Below are positions 28,315-38,154 of a DNA stretch of 64,000 nt, piece after piece. The stretch comes from Truepera sp. (GTDB lineage: Bacteria; Deinococcota; Deinococci; Deinococcales; Trueperaceae): assembly GCA_965218435.1 (NCBI GenBank), contig CBDCKW010000009.1, positions 1,376,001 to 1,440,000 of the forward strand. Reading direction: 5' to 3'. Made by a program: the position numbers and the translations under genes. The notes beneath the pieces are model-generated. The model searched no databases, was not told the DNA's origin, and saw nothing but the letters and a program-made list of their open reading frames with translations. How positions within the stretch are numbered: the stretch's first letter is position 1; each line of letters begins with the position of its first letter.

Positions 28315-29823
28315 ATGCCTGAAGATACAACGACCAAGCTCGAGCGCCCCGGCGCTTACCCCTACACGCGCGGCATCTATCCGCAGATGTACTCGGCGGG
28401 CCGCCTCTGGACGATGCGCCAGTATGCCGGTTTCGGCACCGCCGAAGAGTCGAACGCCCGTTACCGTTACCTACTCGAGCAAGGTACGACCGGTTTGTCC
28501 GTCGCTTTTGACCTGCCGACGCAGCTCGGCCTCGACCCGGACGACCTGCTAGCACACGGCGAAGTCGGAAAAGTCGGGGTGTCGATCGCTACGTTGGACG
28601 ATATGCGGCGGCTTTTTAAGGACATTCCGCTAGGGGAGGTCACCACCTCGATGACCATCAACGCGCCCGCGATGATGCTCTTGGCGCTCTATATTTTAGT
28701 CGCTGAAGAGCAGGGCGTCAGCAGCGATAAGCTCGGCGGCACGGTTCAAAACGACATCTTAAAGGAGTACATCGCGCGCGGCACCTATATCTATCCGCCC
28801 GAGCCCTCGGTGCGGCTCGTCACCGATATGTTCGCCTACTGCGCCGAACACGTCCCCAACTGGAATACGATTTCGATTTCGGGCTACCACATCCGTGAGG
28901 CAGGCGCGACAGCGGCGCAAGAAATTGCGTTTACGCTCTCAAATGCTCGAGCTTACGTGCGGGCGGCGCTGGCGAAGGGGCTCGAGGTTGACGCTTTTGC
29001 GCCTCGGTTGTCGTTCTTTTTCGCGTGCCACAACGACATTTTAGAAGAAGTTGCCAAGTTTCGGGCAGCGCGGCGGCTCTGGGCGCAGATCATGCGTGAC
29101 GAGTTCGGCGGGAACGCCCGGTCACAGCAGCTTAGGTTTCACACCCAGACGGGCGGCAGCACCCTGACCGCGCAGCAACCGGAAAATAATATCGTGCGGA
29201 CGGCGTATCAGGCGCTGGCAGCGGTTTTGGGCGGCACGCAGTCGCTCCATACGAACGGGATGGACGAGGCGTTGGGGCTTCCAACTGACCGTTCGGCGCG
29301 GATTGCCCTTAGAACGCAGCAGATTTTGGCGTATGAGTCGGGCGTGACACGGGAACCTGATCCGCTCGGCGGCAGTTACGTGATCGAAGACCTGACGGAC
29401 AAGTTAGAACAAGATGCCCTCACGTTGATGCAGCAAGTAGAAGATTTAGGTGGGTCGGTGCGGGCGCTCGAGTCCGGGTTCATTCAAGAAGAGATCGAAG
29501 AGGCAGCGTTTAGGTTCCAGCGTGAGGTTGAAACGGGGGCGCGTGTGGTCGTCGGCGTCAACCGCTTTCGGCTGGATAGAGAAGCGGGCGTGCCGGTGCA
29601 AGAACTCTCGGCAGAGACCGAAGGGGTTAGGGTCCAGGAGGTTCAAAGTTACCGTGAAAACCGCAACCGAGCCGCCACTGACGAGGCTCTGGCTGCTCTA
29701 GCAGCAGCGTCGCAAACATCTGAAAATCTCTTTCCGGTTGTTTTAGCAGCGTTTCGTGCCGGGGCAACGCTCGGGGAAGTGTGCGGGGTATTGCGCCGCG
29801 AATGGGGCGAGTATCGGGGTTAG
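28315..29823 (+). CDS. Methylmalonyl-CoA mutase family, substrate-binding subunit
   Basis: [51 protein letters not shown]; no B12-binding domain; leaderless TATACT-N6-ATG. Confidence 0.93.
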   Translation: MPEDTTTKLERPGAYPYTRGIYPQMYSAGRLWTMRQYAGFGTAEESNARYRYLLEQGTTGLSVAFDLPTQLGLDPDDLLAHGEVGKVGVSIATLDDMRRLFKDIPLGEVTTSMTINAPAMMLLALYILVAEEQGVSSDKLGGTVQNDILKEYIARGTYIYPPEPSVRLVTDMFAYCAEHVPNWNTISISGYHIREAGATAAQEIAFTLSNARAYVRAALAKGLEVDAFAPRLSFFFACHNDILEEVAKFRAARRLWAQIMRDEFGGNARSQQLRFHTQTGGSTLTAQQPENNIVRTAYQALAAVLGGTQSLHTNGMDEALGLPTDRSARIALRTQQILAYESGVTREPDPLGGSYVIEDLTDKLEQDALTLMQQVEDLGGSVRALESGFIQEEIEEAAFRFQREVETGARVVVGVNRFRLDREAGVPVQELSAETEGVRVQEVQSYRENRNRAATDEALAALAAASQTSENLFPVVLAAFRAGATLGEVCGVLRREWGEYRG

Positions 29824-29946
29824 GCTGCCGGTCGTTGCTCACGTCTTTTTGGTGTTTGTTGTGAACTTATGACACAAAGCTTGACCTGTACCTTGTGAGC
29901 GGCATTCCAAGACTTTTCTGTAAGTACCAAGACGTTAAAATATCTG

Positions 29947-31089
29947 ATGGGTGGAAAAAATCAGCATTACGTGCCTCAGTTTTATCTTAGGCAGTTCAAG
30001 ACTCCTGAATCCCGTGAGGGTAAAGAACGTGTACACACATATTTCAAGGGAAAAGACCGATACATAGGCGATAAAATGGTCGAGGACATCGCGTCGGAGG
30101 ACTGGTTTTACCGAATCACGGGTGAAAAACCTCAGATTATTGACGATAGCTTAACGGCTCTCGAGAACCGTGTCGCACCACTACTGAAGAAGCTGATAGA
30201 GGCAAAAACTACGGACGGTCTAACTTACTCTGACCTACATGACTTAGCACTCTTTCTGTCCGCTCAGCATTACCGAACCCGGAAGTTTCGGGATTTAGAA
30301 GTGGATAGTCTACGAGAGATTTTGGTTGGGGCGACCAAAGACCCGAAAGGTTTTGAAGCGTTCATCAAGGAAAATAGCAGGTATACGAGACCCTTGATAG
30401 AACAACGTTTGTCGAATATGCATATTGACATCGCAACCCGTCGCCTTGAAGTGATGAAGCTTTCTCCCGAAGAACGGGATAAACAGCTTCCCGCTTTAGA
30501 CGAAGAGCTGAGACAGTTTGAGTCTTCCTCTGCTGAGGTTAAAGCGGGGTTAGACTTACTTGAACGAGGCCAGGTTCCCGAGGGCTATTTAGAGGGGATT
30601 GAACAACGTCTGAAAGTGCCTACAGATATCCACGCACAAGCTATTTCGTCATCTATACCAAAGTTTGCCGAGAGGCTACTAGGTATGGAATGGTCAATTC
30701 AAAGATATGCTGACGATGTATACCGCTACACGTCTGATAATCCACTCGTTTTGTTTCCTTTATCAACGTCCAGTTCTAAAGATGCTGAGGCTTTCCGTTT
30801 AGTCATTGCGGCTGTTCTCGGTGAAGTTGATTTTTACCTTGATGAGTTGGTAGAGACCTATCCTCCGATAGCATTTTTCCTTCCTATAACACCGCACTTA
30901 GATTTGGTTGTAGCGCCTCACAGCTTACTTGGCAAAAACGGAGGGGTTCAGAGCAAACGAAATGCTTTCAGCCTCAACACTTTTCAACTTATGCAAGCGA
31001 AACGGTTTATCTTCTCCGGCCGAAACAATTTCTCTGATATTCCCAAGATGAGGGAGGAAGAGTCAGGATGGCGGCGACTTTATCACTAA
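29947..31089 (+). CDS. DUF4238 domain protein
   Basis: N-terminal QHYVPQFYLRQF, TSDNP, FLPITP; low GC. Confidence 0.8.
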   Translation: MGGKNQHYVPQFYLRQFKTPESREGKERVHTYFKGKDRYIGDKMVEDIASEDWFYRITGEKPQIIDDSLTALENRVAPLLKKLIEAKTTDGLTYSDLHDLALFLSAQHYRTRKFRDLEVDSLREILVGATKDPKGFEAFIKENSRYTRPLIEQRLSNMHIDIATRRLEVMKLSPEERDKQLPALDEELRQFESSSAEVKAGLDLLERGQVPEGYLEGIEQRLKVPTDIHAQAISSSIPKFAERLLGMEWSIQRYADDVYRYTSDNPLVLFPLSTSSSKDAEAFRLVIAAVLGEVDFYLDELVETYPPIAFFLPITPHLDLVVAPHSLLGKNGGVQSKRNAFSLNTFQLMQAKRFIFSGRNNFSDIPKMREEESGWRRLYH

Positions 31090-32134
31090 ATCATCTGCGA
31101 AATAGCGCCGAAGGAGTCAAAGGACTAAACTAGCAGGATGAAAGCGAGCCGCTTAAAGAGAAAGCCCAAGCATCTGTATAACTTCACAGGTTTAAGCGTC
31201 GAGCAGTTCAAGTTGCTTAGTAAAGCGGTCGAAGTACGCCTTGCCGAACCAAAAGGCACCCAGGGCAAATTACGTCAACGTGCAGTAGGCGGGGGACGCA
31301 AGGCAGAACTAGGGGTAGAGGATCAGGTTTTAGGGGTGCTGCTGTATTACCGTTTGTACCTGACCCAGCTGCTACTAGGCTACTTATTCAACTTGGATGA
31401 TAGTAACGTCAGCCGTTTGATCAGCAAACTTCGACCTGTACTACTTGAGGTTCTCCCCTTACCAGCGCACGAGACAGTTCTTTTTGGTCAAGCTAAAAGA
31501 AAGCGTATCGCAAGCCTAGAAGAACTGCTTGAGCAGCATCCTGAGTTCAAGGAAGTCTTGGTTGATGCTACCGAGCAAGAAATCCAGAAACCCAAAGACA
31601 AGCAAGAACGCAGAGACAAGTATTCAGGTAAGAAAAAGCGACATACGCTCAAGACCCAAATCACTGCCACCAACACAAAGCTTATCCTTCATGTGACACG
31701 TTCTTTACCAGGCAAATTCAGCGACGTCAACGTCCTTAGAGGTACCGGGGTGTTACGAGCTTTACCTACGGCTACCGAGGTCCGAGTGGACAAAGGATAT
31801 GACGGTATTGATAAGGATTTTCCCCATAGAACCTTCCATCAGCCCAGCAAAGCTAGAAGAAACAAACCCCTGGACTTCATCCAGAAATGCCTCAACAAAG
31901 TTCAAAACAGCCTGCGTTTTCCTGTCGAGCACACACTGGCTCACTTGAAACGCTTTAAGCTCTTAGCGGGTATCTACCGAGGCCCAAAAGCTGTTTATGA
32001 TGACACTTTCTTAGCTATCGCGGGGCTTCATAACTTCAGAAAGTTAGATGCTCTGGCTTGGTAAGCCGACTTAAACCCTTTCTCTAAGCCTAGCTACTTT
32101 ATTCTGATCGTGTACTTATTTCGCAGATGATTTA
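31087..32134 (+). mobile_element. IS5-family (ISL2-like) element, copy 2
   Basis: Same TIRs and length as copy 1; TA duplication. Confidence 0.92.
31138..32064 (+). CDS. DDE transposase, same protein as 10489-11415
   Basis: Identical 308-aa translation. Confidence 0.92.
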   Translation: MKASRLKRKPKHLYNFTGLSVEQFKLLSKAVEVRLAEPKGTQGKLRQRAVGGGRKAELGVEDQVLGVLLYYRLYLTQLLLGYLFNLDDSNVSRLISKLRPVLLEVLPLPAHETVLFGQAKRKRIASLEELLEQHPEFKEVLVDATEQEIQKPKDKQERRDKYSGKKKRHTLKTQITATNTKLILHVTRSLPGKFSDVNVLRGTGVLRALPTATEVRVDKGYDGIDKDFPHRTFHQPSKARRNKPLDFIQKCLNKVQNSLRFPVEHTLAHLKRFKLLAGIYRGPKAVYDDTFLAIAGLHNFRKLDALAW

Positions 32135-32193
32135 ATAGCTTAATCTAACTTAGCTCAAAAAGTATTTGCCATAGCTGTCAAGTATAGTCACCG

Positions 32194-33171
32194 CTAATCC
32201 GCAACCGGATAAACCCGCACGGCCCGCTCAACCTCGCGGCAGATCAGCCGCGTCATCGTCTCGACGGTCGCGTCTAGGTAGCTGCGCCCGTCGGGGAGCT
32301 TGCTCGAGTCGTCTAAGTAGCCCCCCGGTCCGGTGTGATCAGGCGGCCCCATAAAGATAAGTTCAACCACGCCGCGTTTTTTAGCGGTGTTCCACGGAGA
32401 CGGGATGAGAGGCCAGCGCCCCGGAAAAAAGATGCTGCCGAGGCGCTGCACGTTGTCGCGGACGCCGTAAAGGTGATAGAGGTGCTCGAGCGTCAGCAAG
32501 CCGGGGTCGGCGCTCATCACCCCGCCGAGCGAGATGATAGACACCGGCACCCGGACGGTCCGTTTCAGGTGCGGCGCGGCTCCGAGCGCAACTTGTCCCC
32601 CACCGGAATACCCGATGAGCGTAACCGGCACACCACTGCCGAGCGTGTAACCGTTGCGCCGCAGGCCGTGAAGGATCATCTCAGCAGAGCCCTGGTTGTA
32701 GATTGGCCCGTAACGGCTGTCCGCTGAGACCGCGACCTGCCAGAGGTTACGGATATTGATCAAAAACCGTGCGGCTCCCGCACCGCTGATTTTGGTGCGG
32801 AGCGCCCACCGCCAAAACCAGGCAAAGACCCGGCGACCGGTCAAGGGGCGTTCGGTCACCGAGTAGGGAAAAACGTCATCGACGAGTACCGTATCCGAAT
32901 CGGCCAATTCGCGTTTTAAGCGTTGTAAAAAAGTGATCTCGCGTTCGGCCAACGACTCGCCGGAGACGCTGTTGATGCCTGACAAAAAGACGACGAAACG
33001 TGCCGCGTGAACCGGTTCTATGTTTGTGAGCGGTTTAGGCTTGTCCTTGATGCCACTCTCTTCGTCGCCGTACCACCCGGCCCACCAACCGAGCGCCTCA
33101 AAGGGGGAGAGCACGCCTGCCAGCAAAAACGTCAGTACGAGAACGCCTAAAAAGAGGAGTAGCTCGAGCAC
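32194..33171 (-). CDS. Uncharacterised alpha/beta-hydrolase-like protein
   Basis: N-terminal TM and PFEALGWWAGW; nucleophile elbow IGYSGG; C-terminal D and H; GTG just after the upstream stop. Confidence 0.6.
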   Translation of the reverse strand: MLELLLFLGVLVLTFLLAGVLSPFEALGWWAGWYGDEESGIKDKPKPLTNIEPVHAARFVVFLSGINSVSGESLAEREITFLQRLKRELADSDTVLVDDVFPYSVTERPLTGRRVFAWFWRWALRTKISGAGAARFLINIRNLWQVAVSADSRYGPIYNQGSAEMILHGLRRNGYTLGSGVPVTLIGYSGGGQVALGAAPHLKRTVRVPVSIISLGGVMSADPGLLTLEHLYHLYGVRDNVQRLGSIFFPGRWPLIPSPWNTAKKRGVVELIFMGPPDHTGPGGYLDDSSKLPDGRSYLDATVETMTRLICREVERAVRVYPVAD

Positions 33172-33172
33172 C

Positions 33173-33844
33173 CTACTCTTCCTCTCTGGATTTGCGAAAC
33201 GCTTTGGGTTTTTGCGGCAAATCAAAGAGTTCACGGAGTTCTTGGCGACTTGTAGCCAAAGGCGCACCGGCCACCCGCCGCCGCAGCCAGCGGACGCCGC
33301 CGACAAAAGGCCGCCCGACGGTGCGTTGCAGTAGCTGGAGCAAAAGCCACCCTAAAAAGGTGCAGAGCAGGGCCTGCTCTAAAGTCAGGCCCAGTGAAAC
33401 CTGTATCCCCCGGTTGACCGCCACCAGGCTCCAAACCGCTAAAAGCAACCCGATAGGGTTGCCGAAATAGGGCGCGAGCACAAAAAATGAAAATAAGTAC
33501 GGTGCGTAGCCGAGCCCGACCGCTCGCATCACGGTGTCAAAGCCCACCGTTTCAAAGCCGGTGGCGCGGCCAAAAACCTGCGTGCTGACAAGCCAGATGC
33601 TGAGCGCCAAAAAAAAGAAGCTAAAAGTATAGATAAACGCCGAAAAGAGGAGCGAAAAGACGAAGCGCCGCTTTTTAACCCGGCTGGCAAAAAGGACCAG
33701 CGACTGCCCGAGCGCCTCGGAAAACCCTGCCAAGACGACAATCAGCGTAACAAACGTATTACGCCACGGGGCCTGATTGATCAGCACGTAAACGCTGTTG
33801 TCGAGGGCTAGGGCGCGGCCCACGAGGGTTAAAAAGTCAAACAT
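33173..33844 (-). CDS. Polytopic membrane protein (Yip1-like)
   Basis: AGFSEALGQSLVLF, VGLGYAP, about 5 TM helices. Confidence 0.65.
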   Translation of the reverse strand: MFDFLTLVGRALALDNSVYVLINQAPWRNTFVTLIVVLAGFSEALGQSLVLFASRVKKRRFVFSLLFSAFIYTFSFFFLALSIWLVSTQVFGRATGFETVGFDTVMRAVGLGYAPYLFSFFVLAPYFGNPIGLLLAVWSLVAVNRGIQVSLGLTLEQALLCTFLGWLLLQLLQRTVGRPFVGGVRWLRRRVAGAPLATSRQELRELFDLPQKPKAFRKSREEE

Positions 33845-33966
33845 AGTAAAAGCGTCATCTAGGTGCGGGGCAAGGATAGGCGAAAAGGCGCTGTCATGAA
33901 GTGGGCCGTTCTAAACCAAATGACGTCGGGCACTGCAGCTGTAAGGCAGATACCGAGTGGAGCTGA

Positions 33967-34350
33967 TCAGGTACCCTGGCACTCTGGGCAGAGGCCGTAA
34001 AGCGTGAGTTCATGGTGTTTGACGGCAAAGCCTCCGGGGAGCGTGACGCCCTCTAACACCGCAACCGGGCAGGTCGCCGTAAGTTCAAAGACGTTGCCAC
34101 AGGTTTCGCAGCTAAAGTGATGATGATGGCCGCGTCCGGCTACCTCAAACCGGGCGCTCTCACCGGGGAGGTGGACCGGCACGACCGCACCGTCTGCCTC
34201 GAGCGTACCTAAATTACGGTAGACCGTCGCTAGTCCGAGTCCCGCGTGCGTTTCACGGGCCGCGTCTAATACCTCTTGCGGGGTCAGCGGGCCGGGTGCG
34301 TGCGTGAGTGCGTCTAAGATGGCGCGGCGCTGGGCGGTCTGGCGTTTCAT
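33967..34350 (-). CDS. Fur family transcriptional regulator
   Basis: TAQRRAIL, GLATVYRNL, HHHHFSCETC, GLCPEC; leaderless TAAACT-N6-ATG. Confidence 0.92.
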   Translation of the reverse strand: MKRQTAQRRAILDALTHAPGPLTPQEVLDAARETHAGLGLATVYRNLGTLEADGAVVPVHLPGESARFEVAGRGHHHHFSCETCGNVFELTATCPVAVLEGVTLPGGFAVKHHELTLYGLCPECQGT

Positions 34351-34420
34351 AGGGGTAGTTTAGCAAACCACAAGCAAACCACAGTATGCTGCTGAGTATG
34401 GGCGCTGCGAATACCCGTTG

Positions 34421-35293
34421 CTAACGCCTGCCGCGCGGGTCGAGGATGTCGCGGAGACCGTCGCCCAGCAGGTTAAACGCTAGCACCGTCAGCAAAATAG
34501 CGAGTGCTGGCGCGGTCGAAGCCCACGGCGCTTCGGCGATAAAGTTGCGCGTTTCAGAGACCATCGCGCCCCACTCCGGGGTCGGAGGTTGTGCCCCGAA
34601 GCCGATAAAGCCGAGTCCGGCAGCCGTCAAAATCGCGCCGCCGACATCGAAACTCGCTTGCACCAAGAGGGGAGAAAGGCTGTTGGGCAAGAGATGCCGC
34701 CACGCGATCCGCCCGCCCGAGGCCCCGAGGGAACGGGCCGCGTCCACGAACTCGAGCCCCCGAATCCCCAAAACCTGCGCCCTGGTCAGCCGCGCGTAGT
34801 TCGGCCACGAGACGGCGGCTACCGCGATCATCACATTGGTTAAGCTTGGCCCGAGCGCCGCTGAGATCGCCATCGCCAAAATGAGTGCAGGGAAGGCCAA
34901 AAAGATGTCGGTTACGCGCATCAACACGTTGTCCCAGAAGCCGCCCAAGGTACCCGCCAGAAGTCCGACGGCTGTACCTACTACGAGCGACAACGCCACA
35001 ACCAAAAAGCCGATGGCGAGTGAAATCCGTGAGCCCCACAACACGCGGTCTAAAACGTCGCGGCCAAGTTGATCGGTGCCGAATAGATGGGCGCTGCTCG
35101 GCGGTAACAGCCGGTCTGAGAGGTTTTGCGCTAACGGGTCACCGGCTAACAGGGGGGCGAGGGCGGCGAGCAGCATCAGCAGCAATACGATCACGAGGCC
35201 GATCACTGCGCCGGGGTCGCGCGAAAAGCGGCGTACGGCGCGGCTCTGCCAAATCCCGCCTAAAAAGGGACGTGTAAGTCTGCGAGTCCTCAC
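34421..35293 (-). CDS. Peptide/nickel ABC permease (DppC-like)
   Basis: HLFGTDQLGRD, EFVDAARSLGA, PPTPEWG, GDGLRDILDP. Confidence 0.92.
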   Translation of the reverse strand: MRTRRLTRPFLGGIWQSRAVRRFSRDPGAVIGLVIVLLLMLLAALAPLLAGDPLAQNLSDRLLPPSSAHLFGTDQLGRDVLDRVLWGSRISLAIGFLVVALSLVVGTAVGLLAGTLGGFWDNVLMRVTDIFLAFPALILAMAISAALGPSLTNVMIAVAAVSWPNYARLTRAQVLGIRGLEFVDAARSLGASGGRIAWRHLLPNSLSPLLVQASFDVGGAILTAAGLGFIGFGAQPPTPEWGAMVSETRNFIAEAPWASTAPALAILLTVLAFNLLGDGLRDILDPRGRR

Positions 35294-35308
35294 GCTGTCC
35301 CCATAGGC

Positions 35309-36316
35309 TCAGGCATAGCTGATCCGGGGGTCGAAAAAAGCGTAGAGCAGGTCAACGACGAGGTTGATCAGCGCGTAGGTCAGTCCGGCGACGAGGGTGA
35401 CGCCCATCACGGCGGGAAAGTCTAAGGCGGTGGCGCTCGAGGTCGCGTAGCTCCCGATTCCCGGCCAGGAGAAAATGGTTTCAGTTAAAACGGCCCCGGT
35501 TAAGAGGCTCCCCAAGACGTTCGCCGAAACCGTCAGAATCGGCAAGGCTGCGTTACGAAGGCCATGTTTGAGGACGACCTGCCCTTCACGCACGCCTTTG
35601 GCCCTAGCCGTGCGGATAAAGTCTTGCGACAGGGTTTCTAACATGGCGCTCCGCACCATCCGGGCCAAAAGCGCCGTTGAAAATGCGCCGAGCACCACAG
35701 CAGGTAAGACGAGGTGCCGGAGGCTGTCCCAATAGACTTCGTAGTCGTGGGCCAAAAGCGCGTCAAGACTCAGCATCCCGGTGACGGTTTTGGGTTCGAA
35801 TAGGTAGGCGTCCAACCGGCCCGGTCCCGGCAACCAGCCCAGGCGGGCGTGAAACAAATAGAGCATCACAATCGCCAGCCAGTACACGGGCGTCGCGCCG
35901 CCCAAGAGGGCGAAAGTACGAACGATCAGGTCGGCGGGACGGTTTTGATAGAGCGCCGCAATCAGACCGGCGGGCAGCCCGAACACGAGCGAGATGAGCA
36001 TCGCCGCGAGGGTGAGCTCCAAGGTCGCCGGAAAAAAGTCTTTGAGGTCGTCTACAATCGGACGGCGCGTTCGCAGTGAAACGCCCAAATCACCCCTAAA
36101 CAAGTTACCCATATAGTTTGCGTACTGCACAAGAATCGGATCGTTTAAGCCGAACTTTTCACGGTACGCCTGAATCTGCTCTTCACGGGCGTTTTGCCCC
36201 AGCGCGGCGGCAGCAGGGTCGGCGGGAACGACTCGAGAGATAAAAAAGGCCGCAAACCCCACGCCCCAAATCACAAATACCAGATACCCTAAACGCCGCA
36301 GTAGATAGGCCAGCAA
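35309..36316 (-). CDS. Peptide/nickel ABC permease (DppB-like)
   Basis: GDLGVS, FPATLEL, DFIRTARAKG, LYAFFDPRI; TTG after GGAGG. Confidence 0.9.
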   Translation of the reverse strand: MLAYLLRRLGYLVFVIWGVGFAAFFISRVVPADPAAAALGQNAREEQIQAYREKFGLNDPILVQYANYMGNLFRGDLGVSLRTRRPIVDDLKDFFPATLELTLAAMLISLVFGLPAGLIAALYQNRPADLIVRTFALLGGATPVYWLAIVMLYLFHARLGWLPGPGRLDAYLFEPKTVTGMLSLDALLAHDYEVYWDSLRHLVLPAVVLGAFSTALLARMVRSAMLETLSQDFIRTARAKGVREGQVVLKHGLRNAALPILTVSANVLGSLLTGAVLTETIFSWPGIGSYATSSATALDFPAVMGVTLVAGLTYALINLVVDLLYAFFDPRISYA

Positions 36317-36459
36317 ACGTACCTCCGGGTGTTCCCAACAATTACAAAATACGTGCTCTACCAAACGTTTCTATGCTCAAAAATAACTTGTCCGGCTGAG
36401 ATTTTTACGGCGTCGCTGTAAGGCAAAAGAGGGACCCGGAAGTCCCTCGTAGTCACCTT

Positions 36460-38031
36460 TTACTCGGTTTTGCTCACGGCCGTAAAGTCTACGTTACCCT
36501 GCGCATTGCGGATGAAGTTCTCGACTGAGGCGAGCGTGACGATAGGTTTTAACGACTGATACAGAATCGCGTAAGGACCTTGATCAGCGACGAGCGTGGT
36601 GAGTTTTTTATAGACGTCCTTGCGTTTAGCGGGGTCGGTAGCCGTGGCACCCTCCTTGGCGAGCGTTTCTGCTTCTTTGTTTTCCCAAACGTTACGCCAC
36701 GCGAGGCTCTGGGCGTTGTAGTCCGCTAGGGGCGTCGCGTTGCCATCGGGGTCGGGGTAATCGGGGCTCCAGTTGATGAGCACCAGCTGCGCCTTTTGTG
36801 CGCGGTAGATGTCTAACAGCTCGGCCTGGACGGTCTGGGTGATGTTGGCCTGAATACCCACGGCGGCGAGGTCGCTCTGCACCTTCGCGGCGAGGTCGGC
36901 GCACGGGACGCCGCCGAAACACGCCCCGGTCGGGACTAAAAAGTCAACGCTCAGCCCGTTCTTAACGCCCGCCTCGGCGAGCAGTTGACGGGCACGGTCT
37001 TGGTTTTGCTCGTAAAAAATCTTTTCGTTTGCGCCCAAGAGCCCAATTGGGATAATCGTCTGGATTTTGCGGCCCAGCCCGCCTAAGAGCCCTTCGACCA
37101 TGCCGTCTTGGTCGAGCGCGTAGCGCACCGCCTGACGAACCCGGTTGTCGGCAAAAGGTGAGCCCTCACCGGAGTTCATGCCGAGATACTCGAGCACAAA
37201 CGTGTCAGAACGGAGCGCCTTAAACTGGCTGCCGGACTCGGCCGCCTTAAACGCGTCCGGAGTGAGGTCGTAAGCGACGTCAATCTCGCCGGATTCTAGC
37301 GCCGCCCGTTGCGCCGACGACTCTTGAATGTTGCGCAAGATGACCCGGCTGATGCTGCCGGTGCGAGACGCGTTGGGATTGGCCTCGAGCCCGACCTGTG
37401 CGCCCCGGTCCCAGCGCACCAGCACATACGGCCCCGACCCTGCCGAATTCTCGGTCAGCCACGCGGAACCGTAGTCGCCGCCCTGCTCGTGTTCTTTGAC
37501 GGTTTGCGAGTCCACTACGCCGCCGACGTTAAAGGTCAGCAGGTTGAGGACAATCGTCGGGTTGACGCCTTTGGGCAGATTGAGCTGTACGGTTTTATCG
37601 TCTACTGCGACCGTCGAACCGACCTTTAAGCCTGCGACGTCAGTTAAAAGAAACGACGAGGGGCTCTGCAACTCGATCACCCGGTCGAACGAATACACCA
37701 CGTCTTGCGCGGTCACCGGATTACCTGAGGCAAAGGTCGCGTCCCGGAGCTTAAAAGTCAAGGTCGTGCCGCTGTCCGCCTGCGCCACGTCCCAAGACTC
37801 GGCGAGCCCCGGTTTGACCTCGGTTAAGTCAGTGCCCTCGAACCGCACGAGCGTCTCGTAGAGGTTATCTGTAATAAGTGACCCCGAAAACTCGTACGAG
37901 ACGCCGGGGTCCATCGTGATGAGGTCGGAGAGGTCGGCCCCGATCACGAGCGTGGACTGACGCGCACTCTGCGCTAGAGTGGCGGGTAAACCCGCGAGCA
38001 ACACTAAAAGAAACCACCGATACGCACGCAT
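36460..38031 (-). CDS. Peptide ABC transporter substrate-binding protein (family 5)
   Basis: MDPG, LYETLV, PGLAESW, GSGPY, VRQAV, WSPDYPDPD. Confidence 0.92.
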   Translation of the reverse strand: MRAYRWFLLVLLAGLPATLAQSARQSTLVIGADLSDLITMDPGVSYEFSGSLITDNLYETLVRFEGTDLTEVKPGLAESWDVAQADSGTTLTFKLRDATFASGNPVTAQDVVYSFDRVIELQSPSSFLLTDVAGLKVGSTVAVDDKTVQLNLPKGVNPTIVLNLLTFNVGGVVDSQTVKEHEQGGDYGSAWLTENSAGSGPYVLVRWDRGAQVGLEANPNASRTGSISRVILRNIQESSAQRAALESGEIDVAYDLTPDAFKAAESGSQFKALRSDTFVLEYLGMNSGEGSPFADNRVRQAVRYALDQDGMVEGLLGGLGRKIQTIIPIGLLGANEKIFYEQNQDRARQLLAEAGVKNGLSVDFLVPTGACFGGVPCADLAAKVQSDLAAVGIQANITQTVQAELLDIYRAQKAQLVLINWSPDYPDPDGNATPLADYNAQSLAWRNVWENKEAETLAKEGATATDPAKRKDVYKKLTTLVADQGPYAILYQSLKPIVTLASVENFIRNAQGNVDFTAVSKTE

Positions 38032-38154
38032 ATAGCCTCCTGAGGGGTGTGAAGAGGGTTTGACGACCCTGCGGTAAGTATACCCGGTGTTCGCCCGGTC
38101 ACCTCAAATTCTAAAAAATCGGCTACGGTAGAACGAACCCGAAAGGAGTTCCTG

